A stretch of DNA of 51,337 nt from a virus (Duplodnaviria > Caudoviricetes): positions 1 through 51,337 of IMG/VR virus record IMGVR_UViG_3300037482_000259, one strand, 5' to 3'. Both the position numbers and the translations under genes were made by a program. Below are positions 18,798 through 27,620 of the stretch, piece by piece; the first letter of the stretch is position 1, and every line of letters begins with the position of its first letter. A model generated the notes under the pieces. The model saw nothing but the letters and a program-made list of their open reading frames with translations, was not told where the DNA came from and did no database searches.

Positions 18798-20630
18798 CTA
18801 GAGTTTTACCCAGGCCCCGCCCTCGTAGCCGTAGAAACCCGCCCCACTGCCAGGGTTCCAGGATGTGCCGTCGGCGTAAACAATCATACCGTTGGCCTTG
18901 TCCGTCGGCTCTGCGGTCAAAACGGCGTGCTGAATGCTCCTGGATACCAGCGGGCTATCTTTTGAGTGCTGGTCGGCAAACAGGTTATCGACGGCAAAGG
19001 CTACAGAATAGCCAGTCATGTTGGCGCCAACTGCCGTATTGCTGGGGGTGGCATTACCCACCAGTGAAGCCCTGGTGATGGCGCTAACCAACTCAAGTCC
19101 CACACCCGCCGGATAGGCGCCCAGTCCGTTGGATGCCTTGAACAGATTGCCGACGATAGTCAAGCCCTCGATGCGCTGTGCCCGAATCCCCACACGCCCC
19201 GCTTCTAGACCAGTGAAATAGTTGCCGGCAATGTACACGCCCCGCATCCGATTGTTAGTGGCATCGAATCCTTGCAGGTCAATGGCATAGCCGGTATTAG
19301 CCTCGAATCGGCAGCCTCCCGCCACGGTAAGGCCCAACAAACTCGTGTTCTTCAGGGCGATACCATTCGTATTATCGTCAATACGGCAGGCCATGATGGC
19401 CATATAGCTGCCGCCGATGGCATTGACCGTCTCGTTGCCGATGCCAGTTGTGCAGCCAACTATCTCACACTCGTCGAAAAACAGGCTGTTGGGGTCTTCC
19501 AGGATTTTGACGCCTACGGCGGCACTGTTGCCCCGGATTTTGATATTTTTCAGACGCAGTACGGTAGGGCCGGAACTGGCTGCCGTGCCCAATTGGATCA
19601 GGCCGCCGGTTACGTTGGCATTGCCATTGATGTAGATGTTTTCGAGAATGCCTTGCTGCCCATTTTGCGCCACATGCACGCAGACCACATCCAAGTTGTT
19701 GGGATTGAAACGCAAGTTTTGAAGGCGCAACTCCTGGTAGTTGCTTCCCCCTGGATTCACAGATAGGAGCGTACCCGCCGACGACGCCTGGAGAACCGTA
19801 CTATAGCCGTCGCCCTCAATCCATATCTGCTGGTTATTTCCCGCCGTCCAGTCCGCCCCCGGGGCCAGGGGATAGGTGCCTGCCGGGATGTAGACCCGGC
19901 GTCCGCCCAGGGCAATGGCGGCATCGATAGCCGCCTGCAATGCCGTCAGGTTTTGCGCCCCTGTTTTGGCTGTACTCATACTGTATGGATAGCGAGCGGC
20001 ATTGATGCCGACCTCGGCCAGTGAGATGCGGGCGTGCAGGCTGGACTCATTGTCCGCCGCCGTGTCGACATCCGCCTGGGCGTCGTCGGCTGCACTCTGC
20101 GCTGTCGCCGCGTCGGCAATGGCCTGCGTGGCGTCGGTCTGGGCATCGTCGGCGGCAGTCTGGGCGGTAGCCGTGGCAGTATCCTGAGCATCTTGTTTCA
20201 GAAGCAGCGTGTCATAGCCATCGCGGGCAGCCGTAATTTCCGCCGTCAACGAGGACCCGGCCAGCACGACGGACTCGGCCACGTCGGCGGCTACCACCTG
20301 GGGATTGATATTGAACTTGATTTCCTCGTTGTAGCTAGCTCCGGCGCCAAAACGAGTATCAGTATACGTGCCCTTGATAGTCAGCACGCGCGCCCAATCG
20401 TTGCCGGAACCGGCTAAGTCCAGACCGGACAGGGCAATGTAGACCACGCTAGCAAACGTAAAGGCTACGGCGTCCCGGCTGTTGACCACGGAACCGGCCG
20501 AGTTGGTCAGCGTCCAGTTGGCGTCCGGCATGGCCGTGATGGCCACGCCTGCGGTGTCGACGAATCCAGAAACGGTAAACGTATAGGAGCCACGTTCTGG
20601 AGCGTCCACGGAAACTATGGTCGTGCCCAT
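18798..20630 (-). CDS. Right-handed beta-helix (pectin-lyase-like) fibre/spike protein, 610 aa
   Basis: N-terminal Ig-like adaptor, Ala/Gln/Asp coiled coil, 'ALQAAIDAA..GGRRVYIPAGTY', Asn-rich helix rungs. Confidence 0.8.
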   Translation of the reverse strand: MGTTIVSVDAPERGSYTFTVSGFVDTAGVAITAMPDANWTLTNSAGSVVNSRDAVAFTFASVVYIALSGLDLAGSGNDWARVLTIKGTYTDTRFGAGASYNEEIKFNINPQVVAADVAESVVLAGSSLTAEITAARDGYDTLLLKQDAQDTATATAQTAADDAQTDATQAIADAATAQSAADDAQADVDTAADNESSLHARISLAEVGINAARYPYSMSTAKTGAQNLTALQAAIDAAIALGGRRVYIPAGTYPLAPGADWTAGNNQQIWIEGDGYSTVLQASSAGTLLSVNPGGSNYQELRLQNLRFNPNNLDVVCVHVAQNGQQGILENIYINGNANVTGGLIQLGTAASSGPTVLRLKNIKIRGNSAAVGVKILEDPNSLFFDECEIVGCTTGIGNETVNAIGGSYMAIMACRIDDNTNGIALKNTSLLGLTVAGGCRFEANTGYAIDLQGFDATNNRMRGVYIAGNYFTGLEAGRVGIRAQRIEGLTIVGNLFKASNGLGAYPAGVGLELVSAITRASLVGNATPSNTAVGANMTGYSVAFAVDNLFADQHSKDSPLVSRSIQHAVLTAEPTDKANGMIVYADGTSWNPGSGAGFYGYEGGAWVKL

Positions 20631-20641
20631 AGCGACCTCAC

Positions 20642-21049
20642 TCAGCTATTTGCATCTGTCAGGGTAAAGGTGCTAATCGTCACCGCCTGGCCCGTCGAAA
20701 TGGACGCATTGTCCAACGTCATATCGCCACCACCGCCTGTGACAGTAACGGAACCTTGCAGGTGGCAGGTAGTAGCCGTACTCTCGTAGATACGGAAATG
20801 GGCAGCCGTCCCCGTACCGTCCGCCGATGTATCCTGCCAGGTACCCGTTTTGGCCTTAGTTCCAGAGGAAGCCGCTGCCATCCAATCCGTGGGCAGAGTC
20901 ATGGTCACAAGTAAAGTGCCACTATCCGCCGCTGCGCAATTGGCCGGCTGTGCGCCTGTGAAGATTTTCAGCACTGCATCCACGCCTATGGCCGTTTCGA
21001 TAGCGTCAAGGCGATCGTCCCGAACATCAACCGACAATTGTACTGCCAT
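20642..21049 (-). CDS. Small virion structural protein, 135 aa
   Basis: Beta-rich, 'ADGTGTAAHFRI...GSV..GGGDMTLDNASI..GQ.VTI..FT' pattern recurrent in phage fibre modules. Confidence 0.65.
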   Translation of the reverse strand: MAVQLSVDVRDDRLDAIETAIGVDAVLKIFTGAQPANCAAADSGTLLVTMTLPTDWMAAASSGTKAKTGTWQDTSADGTGTAAHFRIYESTATTCHLQGSVTVTGGGGDMTLDNASISTGQAVTISTFTLTDANS

Positions 21050-21061
21050 TGTTTTGTACTC

Positions 21062-23344
21062 CTAACTATTTACTATAGCCGTCACGGTCGGCCCGTGACC
21101 CTGTGCCGAAACCGATAGTGAATGGCTGCGCGCCGACCGCGTAGCCACGATAAGCCAAAGTAGACCCGTCGCCGTCAAGGTCATGGAATCCAGGCTAATG
21201 GCGGCATTGCCCGTAGCGCCCACCTCCGTATTGCCGGCGGCGGATAGGGCGATGCTAGCCAGGGTTATAGCCGCCTGTCCGGCCACGGCGACCGTACCCG
21301 TAGCGGATGGGGAAATGGCGCCCAGTGTAATGGAAGCCGTCCCGGCAATAGCGACCGTACCGGCAGCGGTCAGGGCAGCCGCCGCCAGCGTGATATCCGC
21401 TTGCCCCACAGGCCCTTCGGCCACGGTACCGGCAGCGGAGAGGCTGACCGCTGCCAGAGTTACCGCCGCCGAACCGTCAATGGCGACTTCTCCAGTCGCG
21501 GAGGAAGCCAGGGCTGCCAAGGCAATGGAGGCATCACCCGCAATGGCCACACCGCCCGCCGCGGATAGGGCCAGAGCGGACAGGGCAATGCCGGCGTCAC
21601 CGGTAACACCGCTTGTCACGACACCGGTTGCGGTCAGGGTAAGAGCCGCCAGAGATAGCGCAGCATCACCGGCAATAGCGACTGTTCCTGTCGCAGTGGC
21701 AGTCAAGGCAGCCAACGTCGGGGAAGCGGCGCCGTCTACGGCAACCGTACCAGTCGCCGCACAGGTCAATGCCGCCAGCGTGACAGAAGCCGAGCCGGCG
21801 ACAGCTACCGTCCCGGCCGCGCTGGAGGTGAGAGCGGCCAATGTAATGGCAGCATCGCCGGTTACGCCCCCCCCCGCCTCGGTGTAGGTGATGACCAGCT
21901 TGGGGCGGCGGGCAGCGGTGCCATGGTCGGAGGAACCAATAGCCTGGGTGTCTTCGTTGTTTAGCAACAACAGACCGTAGTTCGTATTACTGGCCCCGAA
22001 CCAACCCTCGACACGGCTGGCTGTGAGCACGGCGCTGTACTCCGTGCCGTCGACGTCCGCACGGTCGCCGTTTGCCGAGCCGAGGGCAGTCGCCTCGTAG
22101 TCGGTGCCGTTGGTGCCCAGGCCAGCGCTGCCCGCCCAGGCCGTTTCGCTGCCCGATGTCTGCTCTTTGTAATTCCAACAACAGTCGCCGGCGACGCCGG
22201 TACCGTTGTTTTTTGTGCCCTCCGTCCAGTCTGCATTGCCGCTGGCGATTGAGTAGACCGTGATGGTCCAAGCCAGGGCAGCGCCGGCGGTGGTGTGGTA
22301 GAGGTAGAGTGTGGCGGCATCCCCTGCCTCTATCGTGGCATCGGACGGGATAGAAGAACAGTCGAATTCAATCAGCCCCTTGTGCGAGCCCAACGACATG
22401 ATACTGGTAGTGACGCCATAATTATTGCCCCGTTGCGTCGCGTTGAAATTGCTGACATAGGTATCCTTGCCCGCCGCCGCGTCCGGCTGCGAGGAGAAGG
22501 GGGAAGGGTCTATGTAGATGGGGAAGGTGGCGGACTGTACCCAGGTACGTGGGATACGCACGGTGATGTAATGGTTGGGGCCGGAACGGCGTACCTCGAA
22601 CTGACCGATGGTCTGTTGTGGCTCCGGGCTAGAGTCGTAAGCGCGTGGATAGTCCAGATACCACAGGACATTGGTGCCCGTGGCGCTGTCCCGAAACTCG
22701 ATGCGGTTGGCGGTCTGCACACGCACGTTGTTGGTGCGTGCCCAGCGTATGCCGTCCAGGTAGAGTTCCACGCCGGAACTGTTTTTGATGATGAATTCCA
22801 GTTCCAGCCAGATAGTGCCGGTGACCGTAGGCGTGGGCAGGGTGGCGGCATTGTCCAGGATCAGCAGCTTTTCGAGTTTTCGGGACAGGGTTTGAAACTG
22901 GAAATGCCTGCCCGTGCCGTAGCCATTGGGCCAGTAGAGCACGTCGTCTGTGGCAGTGGCTACGACGGCCTGGGGCTGGGCGAGCTGTTGACGGGAATTG
23001 TCCTGGTTGACCCAGTTGAGGGCGAGGGGCTGAAAGGTGACGCTCTCGCCGGTAGCCTGGTCTACGTACTGGATGGTATCGCCAGCGTTGAGCACGTCGC
23101 GGGCAAATGCGTTGTATTCAGTGCCGGTCATCTGGTACTGCCAGGCACCGGCGGTGGCGACCCACTGTGTGTCCACCTCCAACCAGTCGGCGCCAGAGGG
23201 GTAATGTAGGTCGCGTTGGGCGACCCACACATGCCTACCGGGAGCCACCAGCATGTCCAGATGGCTGCGACCCCGACCATGCACAGAAGCGCCGGGGAAC
23301 TGGCTGGCTATTTGGTTGCGGATTGCCTCAGCCGGTCGGGCCAT
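21062..23344 (-). CDS. DNRLRE-like domain protein with C-terminal Ala-rich repeats, 760 aa
   Basis: 'YIDP', 'DTYV..NNYG...GLIEFD.SSIP..ATI..ATLYLY...NYGLLL...SSD...RPKLVITY', then 11 repeats. Confidence 0.75.
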   Translation of the reverse strand: MARPAEAIRNQIASQFPGASVHGRGRSHLDMLVAPGRHVWVAQRDLHYPSGADWLEVDTQWVATAGAWQYQMTGTEYNAFARDVLNAGDTIQYVDQATGESVTFQPLALNWVNQDNSRQQLAQPQAVVATATDDVLYWPNGYGTGRHFQFQTLSRKLEKLLILDNAATLPTPTVTGTIWLELEFIIKNSSGVELYLDGIRWARTNNVRVQTANRIEFRDSATGTNVLWYLDYPRAYDSSPEPQQTIGQFEVRRSGPNHYITVRIPRTWVQSATFPIYIDPSPFSSQPDAAAGKDTYVSNFNATQRGNNYGVTTSIMSLGSHKGLIEFDCSSIPSDATIEAGDAATLYLYHTTAGAALAWTITVYSIASGNADWTEGTKNNGTGVAGDCCWNYKEQTSGSETAWAGSAGLGTNGTDYEATALGSANGDRADVDGTEYSAVLTASRVEGWFGASNTNYGLLLLNNEDTQAIGSSDHGTAARRPKLVITYTEAGGGVTGDAAITLAALTSSAAGTVAVAGSASVTLAALTCAATGTVAVDGAASPTLAALTATATGTVAIAGDAALSLAALTLTATGVVTSGVTGDAGIALSALALSAAGGVAIAGDASIALAALASSATGEVAIDGSAAVTLAAVSLSAAGTVAEGPVGQADITLAAAALTAAGTVAIAGTASITLGAISPSATGTVAVAGQAAITLASIALSAAGNTEVGATGNAAISLDSMTLTATGLLWLIVATRSARSHSLSVSAQGHGPTVTAIVNS
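21163..21859 (-). repeat. 11 tandem 21-23-aa coding repeats (GxAxxxLAAxxxxAxGTVxxx)
   Basis: Read directly from the translation; lengths 21,21,21,23,21,21,23,21,21,23 and a final partial copy. Confidence 0.85.
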
Positions 23345-23368
23345 CTCGATAACCCCGTGTTACGCGTA

Positions 23369-23821
23369 TCAAACTCTTAGCCTAAAGCCGTACCCGCGTA
23401 TGGTCTCGACACGCTCCCGCCCGACGCGCTGACGCAGCCGGCCTACAACTTGGTCAATGGCCTGGTCGGTGATACCGCCCGCTTGCATTGATTCCGGCCA
23501 GACAGCCTGCACTATCTCGTCGCGGGAAACCGCCCGATCCTGGGCATCCCACAGTGTTGCCAGCAAGGTGAACTGGTTTTGGGACAGCGGGGGATCTAGG
23601 CGTTGGCCGTCCAGATAGACATGGCGCTGAAACTGGTCCACGTAAAAGTCATCCATCGCGTCAGGCAGATGGGTCAGCCCTACCAAGGTCTGCATCTCAC
23701 GCCTCACTTCGGACAGTACATGAGCGCTAATGGCCTCTGCCAATTGTGCGGCGGCCGCCTGAATCGCAGGCGGCAAAGTCTCGGCCTCCTGAACGTGAAT
23801 GCCGTTCATGACCAGGGTCAT
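23369..23821 (-). CDS. OmpR/PhoB-type winged-helix regulator without a receiver domain, 150 aa
   Basis: 'LSQNQFTLL..L.....AVSRDEIVQAVWP....AIDQVVGRLRQR....ETIRGYGFRL'. Confidence 0.88.
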   Translation of the reverse strand: MTLVMNGIHVQEAETLPPAIQAAAAQLAEAISAHVLSEVRREMQTLVGLTHLPDAMDDFYVDQFQRHVYLDGQRLDPPLSQNQFTLLATLWDAQDRAVSRDEIVQAVWPESMQAGGITDQAIDQVVGRLRQRVGRERVETIRGYGFRLRV

Positions 23822-24792
23822 AGTGGCTCCACCAGCACCAGGTACATGCGGGTCGCATTGCCCGGCGGCTCCCGGTTACCGCCCAGGACCACAGGCCCGG
23901 CCAGGTAGTCCAGCGTGTACAGGGCAAACGGTCCTACGCTGGTGCCCAGCACAGAGCCGGTGTCCGTCCAGGATTCAAGCCAGGCGGGCGGGGTAACACC
24001 GGCATAGGCGACGTAGACCGTGGCGTCAGCGGAGAGGTTGAAGCTCAGATAGGTCGTGCTCGTGACCGACCACTCGGTGGCCTTGAGCACGATGGCCTGC
24101 GCCCCGTCCAAGCCAACAGTCTGCGTGACCGTGATGGCCTGCCCGGTGTAGATCTGCATACCCGGTATCAGCACGTCGCGGCGGAATGTGCCCGTAGCGG
24201 GCAACTGGATGTTGGAGATCAGGGGGGCGGGCGTATTCGTGGGGAAGGGCACGGCGGTTAGGGTGGCGGTGGGCGGAACTTGCGTTTCGGGGGGGTCAGG
24301 CGTAGCGGTTGGGATAGCCGTCGCCGGGTCAGTCGGCGCGGGCGTCGCCGTATCCGTGGGCCAGGGTGTGAGGGTGGGGAACGGCGTACCTCCCGGCTCT
24401 GTCACGTCCAGGTTGAAATCGAAGGTGTAGTCGGCGTCCGGGTCCGGGTTGTCGATCAGGCAGCGAAAAATGTAACGGCCTGGATCCACCATTGAGACGT
24501 AGATGTTGCGAGCCGTGGCATCCTGGATCACGGCGCCGGACGGCCCATCTATCTGCTCCCACAGGAACGTGGCGCCCGACATGATGTATTGGTCGAAGGT
24601 CTGGCCCAGGGTAATGGTGCCGGAGGTTATCCCATAGGTGGGTTTAGGCGTGGCCACGATGGGCACCTGCTGGATAGTAATGCTGTCGCACGTGCCGGCC
24701 ACGTCGTCACAGTCCCATTCCACAACGCGACTGCCGACCTGCTGGCAGGCGGAAAGCACGAGGGCAATAACGGCGAGTAGGACCAGGCGCAT
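23818..24792 (-). CDS. Lipoprotein with PKD-like domain, Pro/Thr linker and C-terminal beta domain, 324 aa
   Basis: Lipobox LSA-C; 'FLWEQIDGP..PGRYIFR'; TPxPT linker. Confidence 0.8.
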   Translation of the reverse strand: MRLVLLAVIALVLSACQQVGSRVVEWDCDDVAGTCDSITIQQVPIVATPKPTYGITSGTITLGQTFDQYIMSGATFLWEQIDGPSGAVIQDATARNIYVSMVDPGRYIFRCLIDNPDPDADYTFDFNLDVTEPGGTPFPTLTPWPTDTATPAPTDPATAIPTATPDPPETQVPPTATLTAVPFPTNTPAPLISNIQLPATGTFRRDVLIPGMQIYTGQAITVTQTVGLDGAQAIVLKATEWSVTSTTYLSFNLSADATVYVAYAGVTPPAWLESWTDTGSVLGTSVGPFALYTLDYLAGPVVLGGNREPPGNATRMYLVLVEPL

Positions 24793-24838
24793 GACACCTC
24801 CATGTTGCTATTCGTGAAAAATATTGCGATTTGCAACA

Positions 24839-24867
24839 AGTGTACGCCAAAAAAACACCTGTGTCAA
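24839..24867 (-). promoter_or_regulatory. Late-operon promoter TTGACA-17-TACACT
   Basis: Consensus spacing, immediately followed by a TTGC-N5-GCAA box. Confidence 0.8.
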
Positions 24868-24878
24868 TGCCCTGAGCG

Positions 24879-25232
24879 TCAAAGGCCAGAAACGCCATTT
24901 TCCGGGGCGTTTGGCGTCGAAACGTCCGGTTGGTCATTTTTTGCCCCCTGCATAGCTTCCAGTGCCTTCTGTGCCCGTTCTAGGGCCATTCTGGCCGCCT
25001 GCCAGTCCACGAGTATGCCGGTCGAAGTAGCCAGCGCCTCGTGGCGCAATTCCGAGAGCAGGTAGCCGAGTAGACTGTCCATGCGCTCTACCCGCCGCTG
25101 CTGTTCCGTCAGGCGTCGCCAACGTTGCGCTTTTTCCTCGGCGGCAAACCGGGCCTGGCTCGGCTTCCACTGTTGGCGGGCACGCGACTTGTTTGAGTGC
25201 TTCTGGCCGGGTAGGTGCTCGAAGGTGGGCAT
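24879..25232 (-). CDS. Hypothetical protein, 117 aa
   Basis: Translationally coupled ORF; helical. Confidence 0.6.
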   Translation of the reverse strand: MPTFEHLPGQKHSNKSRARQQWKPSQARFAAEEKAQRWRRLTEQQRRVERMDSLLGYLLSELRHEALATSTGILVDWQAARMALERAQKALEAMQGAKNDQPDVSTPNAPENGVSGL

Positions 25233-25588
25233 TAGTCCACTTCTACCCCCACAGCAGCCACCGCCGCCAGGCAAATCGCCCTGGTCACGGTCTCAGCCTC
25301 TATCCACTGCCAGCCTGCCCCATCCATCCCCCAGGAACAGCCCCATCCATTTTCGGTGCGGGATACTCCAACATCGGGCCACCGTTCGCAAAGTTTTTCC
25401 ACCACCTGCCAGGCATGCTCAATATCATTTGCGTAATTCGGCACCTCACTAAGCCGTGGATTTGACGGATAGAGGTCATAGTCATCCGGTTGTGCCCCAT
25501 ACAACTGATTGCCACCAGGCAAACAGTGTATTTTGCACCAGCCCATCACCTTCTCTGCGATAAGCTTATTCAGCTCTGCGTCTATCAT
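25232..25588 (-). CDS. Phage ABA-sandwich-like domain protein, 118 aa
   Basis: 'ELNKLIAEKVMGW...PNYANDIEHAWQVVEKL...AICLAA'. Confidence 0.8.
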   Translation of the reverse strand: MIDAELNKLIAEKVMGWCKIHCLPGGNQLYGAQPDDYDLYPSNPRLSEVPNYANDIEHAWQVVEKLCERWPDVGVSRTENGWGCSWGMDGAGWQWIEAETVTRAICLAAVAAVGVEVD

Positions 25589-25755
25589 CGCTGTACCCTC
25601 CGTTGCATGTAAAGAGCGCAGACCATTAGCACCAAGGCCAACTGTGCCAGAAACATGGGAGGCGCAGATTTGTACGTACCTATTGCCGCCACAAAGGCAA
25701 TAATCGTGAAGATAACGGCTATTATGAAAACCAGGTCGCTCAGGTGACGGTCCAT
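25585..25755 (-). CDS. 56-aa two-TM membrane protein, not in the ORF track
   Basis: MDRHLSDLVFIIAVIFTIIAFVAAIGTYKSAPPMFLAQLALVLMVCALYMQRRVQR; ATGA overlap with the next gene. Confidence 0.6.
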   Translation of the reverse strand: MDRHLSDLVFIIAVIFTIIAFVAAIGTYKSAPPMFLAQLALVLMVCALYMQRRVQR

Positions 25756-25982
25756 TTAACACCCGCTGCCTTCTCCACTTCCCCATCGGCGTTGACCCGG
25801 AACGTGTGGCCGGTGCCAGCCCTGAGCGCCGCCAGTTCGTCCCGGAGCTGCGCATTCTCGGCACGAAGGCGGGCAATGATGGCCTGTAGCTTAGAATTTT
25901 CCTGGCCCATCACCCACACGCGATCGGAGGGAGCCATACAGGCGAACGGACCGTCGGGGCGGATGTACTCATAATCGCTCAT
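25740..25982 (-). CDS. Hypothetical coiled-coil protein
   Basis: ATGA coupling; start MSDYEYIRP. Confidence 0.55.
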   Translation of the reverse strand: MSDYEYIRPDGPFACMAPSDRVWVMGQENSKLQAIIARLRAENAQLRDELAALRAGTGHTFRVNADGEVEKAAGVKWTVT

Positions 25983-26197
25983 GCCATCGGCTCCGTGTTC
26001 ATCTCCACCCAGGCCACGGCCTCGACCACGTTGTTGTTGCCCTGGGTATGCCTGTCCCACAGGTACAAGCTCACGCTACCGTCCGGGTGCATCTCGAATC
26101 CACAGTAGTTTGCCGAGGTCCGAATCAGATACCAGAGCCGGGCGACGGCATCCATTTCCTCTTGCATCGTCGGGACAACTGGGTCCAGCAGCCTCAT
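25979..26197 (-). CDS. Hypothetical protein, 72 aa
   Basis: GGAGGAG RBS and ATGA coupling. Confidence 0.6.
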   Translation of the reverse strand: MRLLDPVVPTMQEEMDAVARLWYLIRTSANYCGFEMHPDGSVSLYLWDRHTQGNNNVVEAVAWVEMNTEPMA

Positions 26198-26400
26198 GAT
26201 TCTCCTCCCGCCGCTACCGGCCCCTCGTTGACAATCTTCTGAATAGACTCGGTGCTGAATGCAATGGTGACATCGCGCCCACGCGGCCCGTCCTGCACAA
26301 AACAGACCAGGCCCTCACTAGCGTAGAATTCTTCCGCCACCACGGATTCAGGTTCGTCCACGCCCCAGAAATAGACACTCCACAAGTGCATGTCGCTCAT
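26194..26400 (-). CDS. Hypothetical protein, 68 aa
   Basis: Start MSDMHLW; coupled to its neighbours. Confidence 0.55.
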   Translation of the reverse strand: MSDMHLWSVYFWGVDEPESVVAEEFYASEGLVCFVQDGPRGRDVTIAFSTESIQKIVNEGPVAAGGES

Positions 26401-26669
26401 TCTACCGCCCCCAGTTCCCGTAGCAGCTCGTCCTCGGCTGCGTCCTGTGCTTCCCGTTCTCGGATGGCGCCCAGCGCGTCCTGGTAATTGCGGCCGTTGT
26501 TCTCCGCCTGCCACTGCCAGCGCTGCGCCTGTTCGCGTGCGTCCCGTTCTCTGGTCTTGGCCATAGCCAGCTCCATTTCCATTTCCTACTTGGCCACCAT
26601 GCCGCACAGGGCCGCCAAGAGCAGGCCCATGCACGCCCCTGCAAATGCACCCAACACAAATTGCCACAT
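26397..26669 (-). pseudogene. TM plus coiled-coil gene interrupted by one in-frame TAG (26586-26588)
   Basis: MWQFVLGAFAGACMGLLLAALCGMVAK*EMEMELAMAK... in one frame; AAAGGA RBS before 26669. Confidence 0.5.
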
Positions 26670-26670
26670 G

Positions 26671-27078
26671 TCAGTCGTTTCCTTTCGTCTCGTCTACCCA
26701 CGCCGTCCACGTCTTGCCGCCGCCGTGGTGGCTGGTGAGGCATGCCGAACGTTCCATGTCCGTTCTGACCCCAAACAACTCATTCATCTGTTCCTCCAGC
26801 TCGTCAATGCGGGCGTAGGCGGCCCGCAGCGCGTCTACCAATTCGGGAATTGTATGCCGAATTGCCACGGAGCCCTCTTGCAAACGCCGCTCGATATGTT
26901 GCAGAAATTCCTCGTCTATCCGTTCCACTCTGTTCCTCCCAGTATCGGCTGCGTCTTCGGCTTCCCGTTCGACAATGGCAAGCCGTTCTTGCTCTGCCGT
27001 CTCAAGGATCTGGCGCGCTGTTTGCAACGCCTCAGATCGCGAAATGGATCGCCCTTCCAATTCAGTCAGTCTTTCCAT
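26671..27078 (-). CDS. Hypothetical coiled-coil protein
   Basis: GGGGGA RBS; start MERLTELEG. Confidence 0.55.
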   Translation of the reverse strand: MERLTELEGRSISRSEALQTARQILETAEQERLAIVEREAEDAADTGRNRVERIDEEFLQHIERRLQEGSVAIRHTIPELVDALRAAYARIDELEEQMNELFGVRTDMERSACLTSHHGGGKTWTAWVDETKGND

Positions 27079-27307
27079 TTTGCACGTCCCCCTGTTTGAG
27101 TACTCGTTTTGAATCCAACATTGCGCCCGTCGCCCGGCCCAGGTAGATACGAGCCGGGTGCCCCAGGTCGAAGCCCACTTTCCCCAACGTGCCCTGTGCC
27201 AGTTGCAGGTAGGCAAGCGCCTGGTCCACGTTCCACTTTGCCACGTCCACGGCGATGCGGATATCGTCAGGTGTTGGCGTCATCGCCGTAGGCGTCGAGT
27301 TTCTCAT
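27062..27307 (-). CDS. Hypothetical protein, 81 aa
   Basis: AGGAGG RBS. Confidence 0.6.
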   Translation of the reverse strand: MRNSTPTAMTPTPDDIRIAVDVAKWNVDQALAYLQLAQGTLGKVGFDLGHPARIYLGRATGAMLDSKRVLKQGDVQNGKTD

Positions 27308-27404
27308 CGTCGTTCCTCCTGTGTTGAATTATGTTGTGTCGCCCGTCTCAGCATCGGCCGCACGTCCGGCGCATCCACGTACAGGCCGGGTAGCGTGTCC
27401 TCGC

Positions 27405-27620
27405 TCATTGGCGGTTCTCCCTCAATTCAGAATCACCAGTCCGATATTGCAGGCGATGCAGTTCACCAGCTAGTTGTGTCGCCCGCTGTTCTGCCTCATG
27501 CAAAGCCAGACGTAGGGCATCCAACTCCATTTCCAGCTTGATTACCTGGGCCTGCAACTCTACCGCCCGGTCCAACAGCCGGCCCACCACTCCTTCGTAA
27601 CTCACTGGTTCAAATGTCAT
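27405..27620 (-). CDS. Hypothetical coiled-coil protein, 71 aa
   Basis: GGAGG RBS and ATGA coupling. Confidence 0.6.
   Translation of the reverse strand: MTFEPVSYEGVVGRLLDRAVELQAQVIKLEMELDALRLALHEAEQRATQLAGELHRLQYRTGDSELRENRQ

Noticed and set aside
26586-26588. Genome-wide TAG recoding
   Set aside because: Many clear genes (MCP, chaperone, decoration protein, CHAT) end in TAG and long ORFs are intact.
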